Source of the DNA: Octopus vulgaris
Lineage: Eukaryota
Length of the DNA stretch: 64,000 nt
Reading direction: 5' to 3'
Assembly: GCA_951406725.2 (NCBI GenBank)
Contig: OX597832.1
Location: forward strand, 50,468,001-50,532,000
In this document: positions 51,455 through 64,000 of the stretch, piece after piece
Numbering within the stretch: the first letter of the stretch is position 1
How the letters are laid out: every line of letters begins with the position of its first letter
Program-made: the position numbers and the translations under genes
The notes under the pieces: model-generated
The model's input: the letters and a program-made list of their open reading frames with translations, nothing else
The model's database searches: none
Told to the model about the DNA's origin: nothing

Positions 51455-52608
51455 CGTAGCCTTATTTCGTCTGCCGTTAATGTTCTGAGTTCGAATTCAG
51501 CCGAGGTCGACTTTGCCTTTCATCCTTTCGGGGGGTCGATTAAATAAGTACCAGTTACGCACTGGCATCGATGTAATCGACTTAATCCGTCCCTTCTGCG
51601 TTTAGCCCCTTGTAGGTCGTGAAGAAATAGGTATTTCGTCTGCCGCTACGTTCTGAGTTCAAATTCCGCCGAGGTCGACTTTGCCTTTCATCCTTTCGGG
51701 GTCGATTAAATAAGTACCAGTTACGCACTGGCATCGATATAATCGACTTAATCCCTTTGTCTGTCCTTGTTTGTCCTCTCTCTGTTTAGCCCCTCGTGGG
51801 TAGTAAAGAAATAGATATTTTACGTAGCTTTATTTCGTCTGCCGGTACGTTCTGAGTTCGAATTCCGCCGAGGTCGACTTTGCCTTTCATCCTTTCGGGG
51901 TCGATTAAATAAGCACCAGTTACGCACTGGAGTCGATATAATCGACTTAATCCCTTTGTCTGTCCTTGTTTGTCCTCTCTGTGTTTAGCCCCTTGTGGGC
52001 AGTAAAGAAATAGATATTTTACGTAGCTTTATTTCGTCTGCCGGTACGTTCTGAGTTCAAATTCCGCCGAGGTCGACTTTGCCTTTCAACCTTTCGGGGT
52101 CGATTAAATAAGCACCAGTTACGCACTGGAGTCGATATAATCGACTTAATCCCTTTGTCTGTCCTTGTTTGTCCTCTCTGTGTTTAGCCCCTTGTGGATA
52201 GTAAAGAAATAGATATTTTACGTAGCCTTATTTCGTCTGCCGGTACGTTCTGAGTTCAAATTCCGCCGAGGTCGACTTTGCCTGTCAACCTTTCGGGGCC
52301 GATTAAATAAGTACCAGTTACGCACTGGAGTCGATATAATCGCCTTAATCCCTTTGTCTGTCCTTGTTTGTCTTCTCTGTGTTTAGCCCTTTGTGGGCAG
52401 TAAAGAAATAGATATTTTACGTAGCCGTATTTCGTCTGCCGGTACGTTCTGAGTTCAAATTCCGCCGAGGTCGACTTTACCATTCATCTTTTCGGGGTCG
52501 ATTAAATAAGCACCAGTTACGCACTGGGTCGATATAATCGACTTAATCCCTTTGTCTGTCCTTGTTTGTCCTCTCTGTGTTTAGCCCCTTGTGGGTAGTA
52601 AAGAAATA
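51455..52608 (+). repeat. Tandem array of six 5'-truncated SINE-B units (period 199 bp for most)
   Basis: ATAGAT junction recurs at 51811, 52010, 52209, 52408 and 52606; array is flanked by gatattttaa. Confidence 0.9.
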
Positions 52609-53423
52609 GATATTTTAAAACTACTTTTATAGATACTTCTTTCGAAATACCTATTTTGTTTTGCAAAAATTTAACTTGTGTAGGCTGAACTATATAAAAC
52701 GTTAGAGAAAAATACTTAGCTGTTTATCCAATACATCTAAATCAAAATATTTTCATGGATCCTTAATATACCACCGTGTCTATTCAATTTTCTATTTTCT
52801 TTGCGCGGATCCCCAATAATCTTATATGGATCTCCCAGGGGTCATATGGATCCCAGATGAGAAGCACTACTCGATATAGTCCGTTATTTAATCGGATACT
52901 TAATAATAATAATAATCCTTTCTACTAAAGGCACAAGACCTGAAATTTTGGGGGCAGGGACTAGTCGATCGCATCGACTCCAATATTCAACAAGTACTTA
53001 TTTCATCGACCCCGAAAGGATGAAAGGTGAAGTCGACCTCGGCGGAATTTGAACACAGAACGTGAAGATGACGAAATACCGCTAAAATATTTCGCTCAGC
53101 CTGCTAACGATTCTGCCAGCTCGCCGCCTTATATAATAATTTTTGCTGTCGCCGGCATTAGTATTTGTTTTAATAATTATGTTTTCTTCTTAAAATAATT
53201 GTCAACATTTAAAAGAAACACTTGTTCACTTGTTTAGGTTCATTGTGACAACAGGACTATATTTTTTTTCTATTCTTATCATGATATATATATGTATGTG
53301 TGCCGGGGAATAATGTGGGCGGGGCCACAAGGACAGTTACCGTAGGCGCAAAATTTCAAAACCAAAAATAATGATAAATAAATATGCTCTCCCTTCAATA
53401 ATTGTTGGTAGCCCACTTTACAC

Positions 53424-53839
53424 CTATTTCTTTACTACCCACAAGGGGCTAAACACAGAGGGGACAAACAAGGACAGACAAACGGATTAAGTCGATTACA
53501 TCGACCCAGTGCGTAACTGGTACTTAATTTATCGACCCCGAAAAGATGAAAGGCAAAGTCGACCTCGGCGGAATTTGAACTCAGAACGTAGCGGCAGACG
53601 AAATACCTATTTCTTTATTACCCACAAGGGGCTAAACACAGAGGGGACAAACAAGGACAGACAAACGGATTAAGTCGATTACATCGACCCCAGTGCATAA
53701 CTGGTACTAAATTTATTGATCCCGAAAGGATGAAAGGCAAAGTCGACCTCGGCGGAATTTGAACTCAGAACGTAGCGGCAGACGAAATACCGCTAAGCAT
53801 CTCGTCCGGCGTGATAACGTTTCTGCCAGCTCGCCGCCT
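53424..53839 (-). mobile_element. SINE-B head-to-tail dimer
   Basis: Full head at 53839; internal junction GAAATACCTATTTC near 53600-53613. Confidence 0.85.
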
Positions 53840-53858
53840 TTTCTTTACACCATCGTGT

Positions 53859-53897
<39 letters not shown>

Positions 53898-55512
53898 GGT
53901 ACCTCTATGTGGCTGTGAGGAAAGAAGTTTGCTTTCCATCTACATTGTCTTGGGTTCAATCCTGCTGCATGGCAGCACCTTGAGCAGGATTATTTTGCTA
54001 TATTCCCAGTGCCTGAAAAACAAGGTGAGATAGTCATGGTTGGAATGTCTTTGGATACAATCCTACTCCATCGTATTTGAACTGGGACTAAACAGTAATA
54101 AATATAACCTGGGCCACTGATACTCTCCTTTCATTAACTATTCTTTGAAGAAAAGTTTGTCTTTAGATTTTATCTTTTGCTTGTTTCACTCATTAGACTG
54201 CGGCCATGCTGGGGCACTACCCTTGATAGATTTTAGTTGAACAAATTGGCCCCAGTACTTATGGTCTTTTATTTTTAAGCATAATACTTATTCTATTGGT
54301 TTCTTTTGTCGAACCACTAAGTTACAGGGATGTAAACACTCCAACACTAGTTGTCAAGTGGTGGGAGGGACAAACACAGTCACAAACACACGCGCACACA
54401 CACACATACACACACTCACACACACGCAAACACACACACACTCACACACACACACACACACACACACACATTGTTGGATCAGAGAATATTCTTCCTTCTG
54501 CTGCAACAATATCCTTGTCAGGTGGATGTCATCATCATCATCATCATCGTTTAACGTCCGTTCTCCATGCTAGCATGGGTTGGACGGTTCAACCACGGAT
54601 CTGGGAAGCCAGAACGTTGCACCAGGCTCCAGTCTGATCTGGCAGTGTTTCTACAGCTGGATGCCCTTCCTAACGCCAACCACTCCGAGACTGTAGTGGT
54701 AATGATAATTAGTAGTATAGCAGGAAAGAGAGAGAGACATGGTGGGCTTCTTTCAGTTTCTGTCTACCAAATCCATTCCCAAGGTTTTGGGTTTGCTTAT
54801 AGTAGAAGATACTTGCCCAAGGTACCACACAGTGGGACTGAACTCGGAACCATGTGGTTGGGAAGCACACTTCTTACCACACAGGCATGCCTGGACCTAT
54901 ATGCTTCTTGATCTTTCATTTCCTTTCAATGAAAAATTTGACCCTTTAGCACTCAGATTAGCCTGTCAAATGTAATGCTTATTCAATCACATTGTTTTGA
55001 ATTGAATCATGCATTATCTTATAGCTTCAAAATTTTGATGATACAATTATTTATTTTTAGAATGGCATTGTAGAGTATGTGTAGAGGCCAGATCTGGAGG
55101 TTTGAACATAAAACATAGACTATTTGTTATTTTTTTATTACCCACAAGGGGCTAAACATAGAGGGGACAAACAAGGACAGACAAAGGGATTCAAGTCGAT
55201 TACATCGACCCCAGTGCATAACTGGTAATTTAATTTAATCGACCCCGAAAGGATGAAAAGCAAAGTCAACCTCAGTGGAATTTGAACTCAGAACGTAAAG
55301 GCACACGAAATACCTCTAGGCATTCCGCCCGGTGTGCACACGTTTCTGCCAGCTCGCTACCTTCATAAAGTGAGAAGGACAATTCTATAATGTACTCTCA
55401 GATATGCTGTGTCTGATATTTAGAAGATAGGACGGTCACAGATGCCATGTCTTTTAAGCAAAGCTGACCGACAACAACCAAATAAAAGAAAAAAGAAAAC
55501 AAAACAAAAAGA

Positions 55513-55968
55513 CTGTAGAATTTGAACTCAGAATGTAATGACAGATGAAATACCTATTTCTTTACTACCCACAAGGGGCTAAACACAGAGGGGACAAAGA
55601 AGGACAGACAAATGGATTAAGTTGATTACATCAACCCCAGTGCGTAACTGGTACTTAATTCATCGACCTCGAAAGGATGAAAGGCAAAGTCGACCTCAGC
55701 GGAATTTGAACTCAGAACGTAATGGCTGGCGAAATATTTTAAATACCTATTTCTTTACTTCCCACGAAAGGCTAAACACAGAGAGGACAGACAAACGGAT
55801 TAAGTTGATTACATCGACCCCAGTGCATAACTGGTACTTAATTTATCGACCCCGAAAGGATGAAAGGCAAAGTCGACCTCGGCGGAATTTGAACTCAGAA
55901 CGTAACGGCAGACGAAATACGGCTACGCATTTCGCCTGGCGTGCTACCATTTCTACCAGTTCGCCGTC
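55513..55968 (-). mobile_element. SINE-B multimer (about 2.3 units)
   Basis: Junctions near 55547-55560 and 55741-55753. Confidence 0.8.
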
Positions 55969-56384
55969 TTCCAGCTTTCACACAGTTTCTATCTATCAAA
56001 TTTATGCACAAGCCATTTGTCAGCAGTAGAAGATACTTGCTCCTCAAGGAAGATGCCATGCAGTGGAACTGATCCCAAAACTACACAGTTGCAAAAATCT
56101 GCTTCTTAACCACACCCATGTTCATGTCTATAAATAATCTCATTTTTTACTGATTATGAAATATTTTCACATCTGCAGAGCAGCTGACCAATGTATTTGG
56201 TTGATGTCTTTTTTTCCTTTTTTTTTATTCTTTTTTTTTTATAGAATTTTATTATTTTCTCTTTCTTTATCTCTGCATCTTTTTCTTGCTGCAACAGTCA
56301 CTGAACAGATGCTTTTTTAAACGATACTGTACAGCAACTAAAAAGTTGTCTAGACTGCTCTTAAGTGCCATACTCTGTATTTTT

Positions 56385-57460
<1,076 letters not shown>

Positions 57461-58348
57461 CAGACGTTTTTGCTTTTTTTTTTATTTTTTATTTTTTTTA
57501 TCCCACACTCAGCTGTTGAGTTTTGTGTTTGACAGAAGTTTCCATAAAACTGTGTTCCACCATGTCAAAATGTTAGAATGTATTCATCATCTTAAATATT
57601 CCAGATATTTATCCCACGATAGTGTTTCCTACAGATGGCATTCAATACTACTTCGGCAGCGACATAATGCTACAGTGAAAGGTTATATTTTAATGACAGT
57701 TTTTTAGGACAGCTGTCAATCATTTGTTTTTCTTTTACCTCCTGTTTCAGCCAGTGGAATGTGGTCATGCTGGAGCACAGCCTTGAAGGATTTTTAGTCA
57801 AACAAGTCAACCCCTGTACTTATTTTTTAAGTTTGGTACTTATTCTATTAGTCTCTTTTTCCAAACTGCTAAGTTATGGGGACACAAAGAAACCAACACC
57901 TGTTTTCAAGTGGTAGGTGAACAAATGCACACACACACACATGGACATATTCTTTTATTCTTTTATTTGTTTCAGTCATTTGGTTGTGGCCATGCTGGAG
58001 CACCACCTTTACTCGAGCAAATCAACCCCAGGATTTATTCTTTGTAAGCCTAGTACTTATTCTATCAGTCTCTTTTGCCAAACTGCTCAGTTACGGGGAC
58101 ATAAACACATCAGCATTGGTTGCCAAATAATGTTGGGGGCAGGGGGCAAACACGGACACACAAACACACACATGATGGGCTTCTTTCAGTTTCCGTCTAC
58201 CAAATCCACTCTCAAGGCTTTGTTCAAGGCTATAGTAGAAGACACTTGCCCAAGGTGCCATGCAATGGGACTGAACCTGCAACCATGTGGTTATATATAT
58301 ATATATTTATATAATATAATATAATGTGTGTGTGTGTGTATATATGTA

Positions 58349-58403
<55 letters not shown>

Positions 58404-58422
58404 ATATGTATATGCATACATA

Positions 58423-59300
58423 TTGGGTCATCCCATAAATAATGCAGTTTTATCAATTGCATGAATTAAATGTCAGAGGGGGATGAGATAAACTATCTGC
58501 ATCAACTTACTATAAAAGCAGGTAGTAAGTTTACCTTGTCCTTATTCTTAGTGCAAGTTTTGAAGAGTGCAGTTCGATTTTAACAGTCATTTTTTCAAAG
58601 CTATAATGCAAGTGACAAAGGAGCATATTCGGCATATTCTTTATGAGTTCAATAAAGGCAACAACACAATGGAAAGTGCAAGGAATATTAATATAATATG
58701 GGAATCACACAATAAGTGTAAGCCAGTGTCAATGGTGATTCTAGAAATTCTGAGTCAGAAGAAAAGCCTCGTCCGGAAGATCTGTAAAGCTCAACGAGAA
58801 CGTTCTGCAAAAACCCTGGTGGAACAAAATCCCATCATAACTGTTGAGGAACCAGTCATTCAAGTCAGCGCTAGAAGAAAAACGATCATCTTTGGTTTCA
58901 AGACAAAAGGTGTTCTTCCATCAGGATAATGCTTGGCTACATACAACTGAGGATGACATTCCAAAGGCTGGAGCAGTTTGAACGGGAAAGGATGACCCAC
59001 CTACAATATTCATCAGACATTGCCCCCATCTGATTATCATTATTCCACAGCCTCCAAAATCATTTGAATGGAAAAAAATATGAATTCTGTAGATGTGGTC
59101 AGAACAGTACTGAAGGAGTATTTTTCATCATGGCCGAGTGAATTTTGGAAGAGGGGCCTTGCAAGTCTACCAGATAGATGGGAGAGCATTGTAGAAAATG
59201 AAGGAGAGTACATTTTAGATTAAAAAAGAACTTTGTTTATATTAATTTTGAAAAATAAAAGAAGTATTAAAAAAAACACATTATTTATGGGATGACCCAG
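58423..59300 (+). mobile_element. Internally deleted, frameshifted mariner transposon (transposase pseudogene)
   Basis: TIRs TGGGTCATCCCATAAATAATG; left TA; N-terminal MQVTKEHIRHILYEFNKG; YSSDIAPSDY (mariner YSPDLAP motif); C-terminal LPDRWESIVENEGEYILD*. Confidence 0.9.
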
Positions 59301-59347
59301 TTCATACAAACACACACACACATATATATATAAAAATAAACATATAT

Positions 59348-59746
59348 AGGCGCAGGAGTGGCTGTGTGGTAAGTAGCTTGCCTACCAACCACATGGTTCC
59401 GGGTTCAGTCCCACTGCATGGCACCTTGGGCAAGTGTCTTCTACTATAGTCTCAGGCCGACCAAAGCCTTGTGAGTGGATTTGGTAGACGGAAACTGAAA
59501 GAAGCCCGTCGTATATATGTATATATATATGTATGTTTGTGTGTCTGTGTTTGTCCCCCTAGCATTGCTTGACAACCGATGCTGGTGTGTTTATGTCCCC
59601 GTTACTTAGCGGTTCGGCAAAAGAGACCGATAGAATAAGTACTGGGCTTACAAAAGAATAAGTCCCGGGGTCGAGCCGCTCGATTAAATGCGGTGCTCCA
59701 GCATGGCCGCAGTCAAATGACTGAAACAAGTAAAAGAGTAAAGAGT
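59348..59746 (+). mobile_element. SINE family A
   Basis: Full-length copy. Confidence 0.85.
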
Positions 59747-62163
59747 ATACATATATACATACGTATTTATAGATAGATGGATATGGGTAGATAGATAGAC
59801 AGGTATTACAGGCTTCTACACAGTTTCCATCTAACAAATTCACTCACAAAATATTAGTTGGCCCAGGGCTATAGTATATGTCATTAAGCCAAGGTGCTGC
59901 ACAGTAGGACTGAACTTGAAACTATGTGGTTGCAAAGTGAACATTTTAACCACACACAGTCTAAAAAGCTAAATTAATCTGTGAAACAATGTTCACTCTT
60001 CTACGCCAATATCCATGGAGTTTGGTCCAGCATTGACCCAACCCACCATCTCCTATTAATATGCAAACCACAAATATTTTTTCTTTGAGACTCAAATCCC
60101 TCGTCCGCCTCTGTTTCCTAACTCATCTTTACTCTTCAGGCTACATCCTACATCCTAGCTTTTTCCTGAAAAATAGTATTTGGACTCACATAAAACCTCT
60201 ACTATCCTTACCACTTCTCTGATGCAAACATATCATCATCATCATCAACATTTAACGACTGTTTTCCATGCTGGCATGGATTGGACAGCTTAACACAAGC
60301 TGGCAAGGCCAGGGACCTTACCAGGTTCCATTGTCTGTTTTGGCCTGGTTTCTATGGATGGATGCCCTTCCTAATGTCAACCACTTTACAGAGTGGTCAA
60401 TGTTATCTAGTGGTTGTCTTCTGAGATGTGACATCGATCATCGTTTGTTACTGAAAGAATGCTGGTTCACACATACAAACATTCACATACTTCCCTTGTA
60501 CACACACATACATACATATACTCACACAGAGTTGAAACGCTGTTTGATTTTTCTTTTCAGCGTTGAATGTTCCCAACCTCACTTCCATTGCACACAGACA
60601 CACACACACGTGCGTGCACACACACAAACAAACATTCACATACCTCCCTTTTACATACACACACATATACTCACACAGAGGTGAAATGCTGTTTGATTTT
60701 TTTTCACCGTAGAACTTCCACCAACCCACTACCAGTTTGCCATCACCCCTTCCTTCCTTATTCATCTATTACCCCTTCCTTTCTCATTCATATGTTGTAA
60801 TGGAGAAAAACCCAAGAGTATTATTATAGTAGATTTTTTTCTGAAAATAATTTTTTTTAAATCTTTGCAAACGTGAAATGTCAACCACCTCAGCCAACTA
60901 ACTTTAAATAGATAAAATATATTTTGATAAATATACAGGCATGGGCAAAAGGAGGTGTATAGTTGCTTAATGTTTAGCACTTTGTAGGTGCATCATGTCA
61001 CCATATGAGTTTTCTCCCCTGCGGTAACAGGGGAGTGATAGGAGGAAACAATTCTAGAGTAAATGCAGCATGTTAACGTTTGATGATATGAGTGGAATTC
61101 TTTACGTTCTGAGTTCAAATTCCAACAAGGTCGACTTTGCCTTTCATCCTTTCAGGGTCGATAAAATAAGTACCAGTAGAAAACTGGGGTCGATGTAATT
61201 GACTTAATCCCTCCTCCAAACTTGCTCACCTTGTGCCAAAATTTGATACCAATACAAGTGGAATTCTTATGGTGGTGATCTGGCAGTATCATTAGCAGCG
61301 AGGTAAAATGCTTAGTGGCATTTTGTCCATCTTTATGTTCTGAGTTCAAATTCCACCAAGGTCGACGTTGCCTTTCATCTTTTTAGGGTCGATAAAATAA
61401 GTATGAGTCGAGCATGATGGGGGTCAATGTAAATGGCTCACCCACTCCCTTGAACTTTTTGACCTTGTACCAAAATTTGAAACTTAGTCAAAATCCTTGC
61501 TATGATGTAAAACTACACCCATTTCCCTATCACTTACTTACAGAAGGTCCCGTAGAATGTCACTATACTGGGCTAAGGCTAGAGGCCTAATAGATCTGTT
61601 TTTTGCATCCTTTGGGGTAGGTTTGCCCACATCAGAATCGCATGTGCAAGAGTGGTCACCACCTATGTTCTATTTCCACTATGGAAAGGCAATTAATGGT
61701 GATGGTGATGAAGGGAATGACAATGATGATGATGATGATGTCGATGGCGATAATAATGGTGATGATAGTGGTGGGAGTGATAATGATGATGATGATACCT
61801 TGACATGTAGCACAATTTTTTTTAAAAAAGAACTTGTCTGAAAATAATAGTGTTTAGAAATTCCATTCAACACAAATTCTGTTCTCTCTTTCTTTCTCGT
61901 CTTCTCTCTCTCTGTCTCACTCTTCCTTTCTCACTCTCTCTTTCTCTCTGTCTGTCTCTTTCTCTTATGTAATTTAATTCCATTGTAAAATTTTATAAAA
62001 TGGTCAAATCAGGTTCTGTCTTCTACTGCTGCTTCCAATGATACTACATAACAAAGTGCAATTTATTCCATGATTGAATGGATTGCAAATACCTTCTCAT
62101 GTGTACACACACAGTTTATAGAGAAAGGAAGATGGTTAAGCAACCAACAAGATTAAAAATGAA

Positions 62164-62597
62164 GGATCTTTTCGGTTTGACCGGCAGTTTTTTCTAGCGG
62201 TGTCATATGAAATTGTCACCCATAATTATGACCCTAGTATCGATCTATTGCATTTCAATCTGTTTTAGGGTTAGAGTTGGGGTTAGGGTTAGGGTTAGGG
62301 GTGGGAGAAGGGTATCTTTTTTTCTTCAGAAATGTAAATAAACCCAATCTGTTTCTTAAACAAGGGACATATTCATACGGCACAGAATGTTTTCACCTCA
62401 ATAGACATCATTGATTGGTTGAAATTGCAGATTTTGAAGAAAAAAAACAACAAATATATTACAAACTATAGAATTTTCTCAATAAAGCCAAGAGAAAAAG
62501 ATGTTTTATAAACACATTCTACCAGTATACGAAGTTTAAAGGCGTTTAGTTACGCAGAAATTATTTTTAAAAACTGCCGATCAAACCGAAAAGATCC
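62164..62597 (+). mobile_element. MITE family D copy
   Basis: TIRs; perfect TSD aaaatgaa; longest TTAGGG run. Confidence 0.92.
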
Positions 62598-62986
62598 AAA
62601 ATGAAACTTGTTAAAAGGCAGAAGAGGTTTCTCAAAGTCAATAGCTAAACTTAACTGAAGCGGAGCCATGCAACACCAGGTTATCTTTCTATTGAAACTG
62701 TACACGATGGAGGAGGTAAGCTCAAATATATTGGATCTACTATTATATCCAATGTATAGTCATTGCCTGATGACTTTCAATGATGTAAAGAGTGATTTTG
62801 AATGATGGATCAGTGGTCAGACCAGCGATGCACAACTTTTTCCAGAAAGTAGTCTATATAATTCATTTGGAAAATTTCATGGCCCCACTACAAATGAATT
62901 TACTTTCAATTGAAATAAGCAACAATACAGTAAGACATAAATATTTTTAATTAAAAATTAATCATGCATTGCTTAAGAAATAAGAT

Positions 62987-63642
62987 CACTAGCGTAGCTG
63001 GTGGGGAAGACTTTTAAAAGGGTGGCACTTTTTTCCGGGCGGAATGCTTAGTGGTATTTTGTCTGTCTTTATGTTCTGAGTTCAAATTCTGCCGAGGTCG
63101 ACTTAGCTTTTCATCCTTTCGGGGTAGATTAAATAAGTACCAGTTTACACACTGGGGTCGATATAATTGACTTAATCCGTTTGTCTGTCCTTGTTTGTCC
63201 TCTCTGTGTTTAGCCCCTTGTGGGTAGTAAAGAATTAGGTATTTTGTCTGCCGCTACGTTCTGAGTTCAAGTTCTGCCGAGGTCGACTTTGCCTTTCATC
63301 CTTTGGGGTTGATTAAATAAGTACCAGTTACGCCCTGGGGTCGATATAATCGACTTAATCCGTTTGTCTGACCTTGTTTGTCCTTCCTGAGTTTAGACCC
63401 TTGTGGGTAGTAAAGAAATAGAAATAGGTATTTCATCTGTCTTTACGTTCTGAGTTCAAATTCCACCGAGGTCGACTTAGCTTTTCATTCTTTCGGGATC
63501 GATAAATTAGGTACCAGTTGTGTACTGGGGTCGATCTAATCGATTGGCTCCTCCCCACCAAATTTCGGGTCTTGTGCCTAAAGTAGAAAAGAATGTGTTT
63601 TCTGTGGGGTCCGGGGCGGCATATACTCTAGCTACTCTAGTG
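62987..63642. mobile_element. hAT-like MITE with a nested SINE-B multimer
   Basis: TIR CACTAGCGTAGCT / AGCTACTCTAGTG; perfect 8-bp TSD aataagat. Confidence 0.75.
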
Positions 63643-63920
63643 AATAAGATACATATGTATTTACTTTAAACTGATGTAGCGTTTACATTGTCTTATGTTA
63701 AAAATATTAATGATTTCGTCAGTCATGTTGTTATGGGCCACCAATCCTTTGGTGTGGCTCACATAGTACATTGGTTCTCAAAGATTTTGTTGTTAAAATT
63801 TATCTGCAATAAATTAGTTATACATCTACAATACACAAATTATTTTAACAATATTTTTATACAATTCCTAATAATATTTAATTATAAAAACATTGAATGT
63901 CTGGGAAGGGCCCATCTGAG

Positions 63921-64000
63921 GGATCTTTTCGGTTTGAACGGCAGTTTTTTCTAGCGGTGTCATATGAAATTGTCACCCATAATTATGACCTTAGTATCGA
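63921..64000 (+). mobile_element. MITE family D copy, cut by the window end
   Basis: Left TIR and the start of the internal sequence match 2601 onward. Confidence 0.88.

Noticed and set aside
51455-52608. Regular array resembling CRISPR
   Set aside because: Whole 199-bp units repeat with no unique spacers, there are no cas genes, the context is eukaryotic and the units match a dispersed SINE.
56205-56380. Long polypyrimidine tract plus CAG on the + strand, possible exon of a divergent gene
   Set aside because: No convincing donor or recognisable coding frame.
60470-60725. Imperfect tandem duplication of about 150 bp
   Set aside because: CA-rich low-complexity slippage product with no further structure evident.
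61557-61841. Asp/Gly-rich ORF
   Set aside because: Degenerate (GAT)n simple repeat.
62665-62722. Short ATG ORF ending at a GAG|GTAAG donor; another frame gives TVHDGGG, weakly Tc1-like
   Set aside because: No recognisable homology, partner exons or TIRs; insufficient evidence.

Overview
Eukaryotic, AT-rich, repeat-dense genomic DNA, most likely from an octopus or other coleoid cephalopod (inferred from the SINE/microsatellite landscape, not proven). The window holds one complete protein-coding gene on the minus strand, SND1/Tudor-SN. I traced 22 coding exons by hand from the ATG at 51134 to the TAA at 1490. All introns are GT-AG, the phases are consistent, and the CDS is 2673 nt (890 aa: four SN domains, Tudor, SN5). 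Introns and the upstream 13 kb are filled with at least five SINE-like families, several MITE families (8-bp-TSD elements with internal TTAGGG repeats, TTAA piggyBac-like, Tc1/pogo-like, hAT-like), a Helitron, a deleted mariner, CR1- and RTE-like LINE 3' ends and (TA)/(CA) microsatellites. Most ORFs in the supplied track are repeat artefacts. Most notable: (1) an apparently near-intact minimal hammerhead ribozyme in intron 17, sense to the pre-mRNA; (2) a repeated composite element with a tRNA-like head and a hammerhead-type tail, one copy as a head-to-head inverted pair; (3) a SINE that forms head-to-tail multimers with the same junction at several independent loci; (4) a compact TCT/TOP-like, E-box-containing promoter candidate.
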